Source of the DNA: Nemertoderma westbladi | Lineage: Eukaryota; Animalia; Xenacoelomorpha | NCBI GenBank assembly: GCA_032718475.1 | Contig: JAUCBJ010007482.1 | Coordinates: 16,943-80,942, forward strand | DNA: 64,000 bases | Direction of reading: 5' to 3' | Shown here: piece by piece, positions 60,647 to 64,000 of the stretch | Layout: each line of letters opens with the position of its first letter | Numbering within the stretch: the stretch's first letter is position 1 | The notes under the pieces: generated by a model | What the model was told of the DNA's origin: nothing | Database searches by the model: none | The model's input: the letters and a program-made list of their open reading frames with translations, nothing else | Position numbers and translations under genes: made by a program

Positions 60647-62032
60647 TGATAAAACAAATATTGATACCAGTACCTTGGAAGGTTCTAAACAGAAAACTCG
60701 TTGTGTATGGAGTAGAGGATCGTGTGACTTGTTGAAACATAAACGCTCCCAGTATAACTTATAACTCCCATTATACTTGCGCAAAGCGAGGTAAAAAAAA
60801 ATTAAACTCGCCTGCTCTGGTAATAAAGGGATACTGTATGGCCAAAACTAGCTTAGGCTGCACTACTACTCCACCAGTACAGCAGTAAGCACATGTACCA
60901 TGTACGTACAGTAGGCCTACTGTCAGACTGTAGACCAGCGATTAGGTGTAGCAGTGTAGGGCCAGTGAGTTTAATTGTGTTAGCGTGGCTTTTAGTTTTT
61001 AATTTTCAAACTTATTGATGCAATAATAAGTTATTTTAATTCAGTCCCGCCTTGGTCGTTGTCGTACCCGTACCTACAGTACTTCTTTTAATTATTCATA
61101 AGCAGCTATGGTTAGACTTGGCCTACATACATTATTCGATTCGATATTTTTATTATGTTTTTAAGATAAATTTGCATTTCTTTGTATAGTTTAACCCTAC
61201 TATAATCAAGGTCCAGCAGAGACACTCTCTGTACAGACAGCCTCGAGACATTGAATAAAAAAAATAAAAGTGGCCCCTAACCTTATCATATGTAGTCCAT
61301 GGGCCAGCCAGCATAGGGGATACTTTTTGGTAACCATCTGGAACTTATATTTTTGGGAAGACCTATCTTTTGGCCGCTCATTTTTATATGATGACAAATC
61401 TGAATCGGTAGCTGACTCGGTGTTATCACCGGTTGTCATGGAAATGGCTAAATAACAAACATGCTGTAGTAGTCTAAAAACTCAATATAAATTCTTCGCG
61501 TCTTCTGAAAAAGATAGCTACTGGTCTTACAATTCTAAATGTGTCATATAAAATTCTGGAATATAATTATTGTTGCCATGGGAGCGCTGCTAAATGAAAA
61601 CTGGCATGTTTTAGAAAAATAGCTACCATTCTAGAACAATATCATTATTTTAAAAACAAATAGCCACATGTTGTTGAGTATTAGTTTTGGAAAATTTTGG
61701 TATACTGAGAGCGAAACTTGTTATGTTATAACGGTTATATATGGTACCAAAGATATACCCATCTCTGAAATATTTTTCTTTATCATCATTTTAATCTCAT
61801 TTCACTCTTTCAAAATTATGACATTATACTATACTGTATATTATAACAAAATATTTAGGTCAATGAAAAGCAATCATGATGTGACTACAATACTTTAAAA
61901 TAACAAGTGACATCTAAATGGCATTTCAGACACAATTCCTTCACAGGTTACCATGACTACAGATGCAATTCAAGATAACCCAGATGCACACTATCAAACA
62001 TATGACTTGACACCTACCACAAAATAAGGTTA

Positions 62033-63893
62033 GTATTAACTTTAGCATATATATTTTATCATCATTGTTCCTAGATGATTTCTGTAAAGATGATTCCCTC
62101 GATAATGATATTTTTGAATACTAAATCCACTTTTTATTTTATCCATTATTTAGGTAACCATCCCCTTGAATAACTCCCGTACATCTGAAGTGATTGCAGT
62201 GTCTCCAAGAAGAGCATAAGTTTCACTCAAGCAATCAGCTGTCGCACGGAGAAAACGCCCACGACATCCGTGCTGTTTCAAGTTTTGAAGCAAAATTAAC
62301 TGATCAACTATATCGTCTACATTCCACCATTGCCACTAACATCTGATGATTGCCAACCCCCCCACCCCCCCATGTTCTTAATCGGAATCTCATTAGTCTG
62401 ACCAGTCTGCATTCGGTGCTCATGAACACCCACTGCACAAGGCCAATTATATCTGCCAGGGCAGTCAGCGTGCCTTGTCGCAATGGGGACCCGTGTTCTA
62501 GGGTATTAACTGAGGCTAGTCTAGTGACTTGCCTCAGGTTCACCAATAATGGCTTGGTTGGTCGTGATGGAACATGAGACTAGCTTCCAATTACAGAATC
62601 CCTCCACCCTCGCAATCTGGCCTCCCTGGTTACCCCGTTCTGGATTCACTCAGTTAAATGTGGGTTCAGTAAATTGTTATCATTGGAAAATCTCATCACA
62701 ACATTAGAGACTTATATTAAAGGCATACAGTATAAAAGAACAATATGCAGATATGATATTCTCGATACTCATTCTGACCTATTAATCAAATTCCGGTACT
62801 ACTGCACTACTGGTCTAACATTACCGGTAACACATTCAGACTACATAGTTGGGACTTAGGTCATACTAATCTAATTACTTAAATCTCGTCATACAAACTG
62901 ACGCCTGTAGTGGCCGGACCTCTCAATTACTAATGTGATCCATAGTAATGACTAATGGGTTAGGGGTGTTTTTTCCGAGTCAGCTCTTGGGGAACAGACC
63001 ACACCCAGGTTTGCCATTCCACATGGCGGGTGTCGCAGTTGAATTAGATATGGTGCCCATCACCCATCCGATATCCACTCTGACGCACATGACCCACCAT
63101 TGGATATGCAGCCAGCTCATCTGCTGGGCCATGCCCGGTACCCCTTCTGCCAAGTGCAGGTCGCAGTGGAGTGCTCTCAAATTGGACATGAGAGCACTCT
63201 ACTCCTGAACAGCCATTAGTAGATTACCATCTGCCTGGTCAGGCCATATACCCCTGCAACCAAGTGTATGGATCAATAATCTAGGACCAAGGTTTACATA
63301 ATTTACATTCAGTTGAAAAATTACAATGCGACCATGAGGAGGCTGACCCTCTAACAGGCTAAACTGTTATGTTGTTGTTCATTTTATACACAAAAAAGTG
63401 TTCTAGAACAATTTTGTTTGTTATTTGTTTAACTCTCGTAAAATAAATAAGATTATAGGATATATATACTGTAGTTTATATGTATAGTCACTAGTCAGTC
63501 AACGTAGGTTAAATAATAAGCAATTAATTATTATTGGCTAATTGGAATAAGCATTCCCCTTTTAAATTACAATTCGCTAAAGAATATATTGCCTTACGCT
63601 GGGATCCATGATTTCATTTAAAATATTATTTTTTTAAATAATATATTGTATAACTACAATTAAAATGTTTTGTTTAGGACCTACCAAAAATATATCACAG
63701 AATACACCCCTGAGCTTAGAATACTCAATTTCCTCTTCTGATATTATACGAACTAAGAATACTTACATACCTAATTAAGTATTTATTAAATAAAGTGGAT
63801 TTAGTATTCAAAAATGTCATTATCGAGGGAATCATCTTTACAGAAATCATTTAGGAACAATGATAATAAATATATTATATGCTAAAGTTAATA
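62033..63893. repeat. ~100-bp inverted repeat pair (62033-62133 / ~63792-63893) enclosing coding-like relics
   Basis: GTATTAACTTTAGCATAT..TTGTTCCTA.ATGATTTCTGTAAAGATGATTCCCTCGATAATGA..TACTAAATCCACTTT and its reverse complement. The right arm abuts a MITE. Confidence 0.8.
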
Positions 63894-64000
63894 CAGTACA
63901 GGCCACCAGAAAACGCAGATTTGTACAATTGTGAACACATTTTATCAAATGTGTACCAGTATAATGTAATGTTGTTGAACGGGACAATTGAACGTAATTA
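63894..64000 (-). mobile_element. Second copy of the 688-bp MITE, opposite orientation, truncated by the window end
   Basis: TA|CAGTACAGGCCACCAGAAAACGCAGATTTGTACAATTGTGAACAC is the reverse complement of 34625-34731. Confidence 0.9.

Noticed and set aside
62343-62360. Other CTGATGA / TCATCAG hits as hammerhead cores (also ~25191, ~30392, ~35300, ~35668)
   Set aside because: No stem II and GAAA at the required spacing.

Overview
AT-rich, intron-containing eukaryotic DNA (animal-like; a marine invertebrate is plausible but unproven) made almost entirely of nested transposable elements, with no intact host gene that I can recognise. The main structure is a 17.4-kb BEL/Pao LTR retrotransposon (36724-54107, 5-bp TSD GACCT, near-identical ~1.25-kb LTRs) inserted in the left TIR of a ~5.2-kb non-autonomous Polinton/Maverick-like element (35390-58012, AGTAGT...ACTACT termini, 6-bp TSD GATGTT). 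A diverged second copy of this BEL family runs off the left edge (1-6320, minus strand). The family is unusual in three ways. (i) It has no tRNA-type PBS; the 11 nt next to the 5' LTR are exactly complementary to an 11-mer inside the LTR in both copies, resembling Tf1-type self-priming. (ii) Gag has a ~770-aa N-terminal extension. (iii) A ~4.5-kb cassette after pol carries RNA hairpins and three non-env ORFs, the last with tandem CCHC knuckles and a basic tail. The Maverick relic carries tRNA-like Pol III units. Also present: a GalEa-type Copia, a gag/protease-only Gypsy derivative, an RTE LINE, a CR1/L2-like LINE relic, a minimal hammerhead ribozyme, several MITEs and satellites. All calls are by eye; no database searches or folding computations were run.
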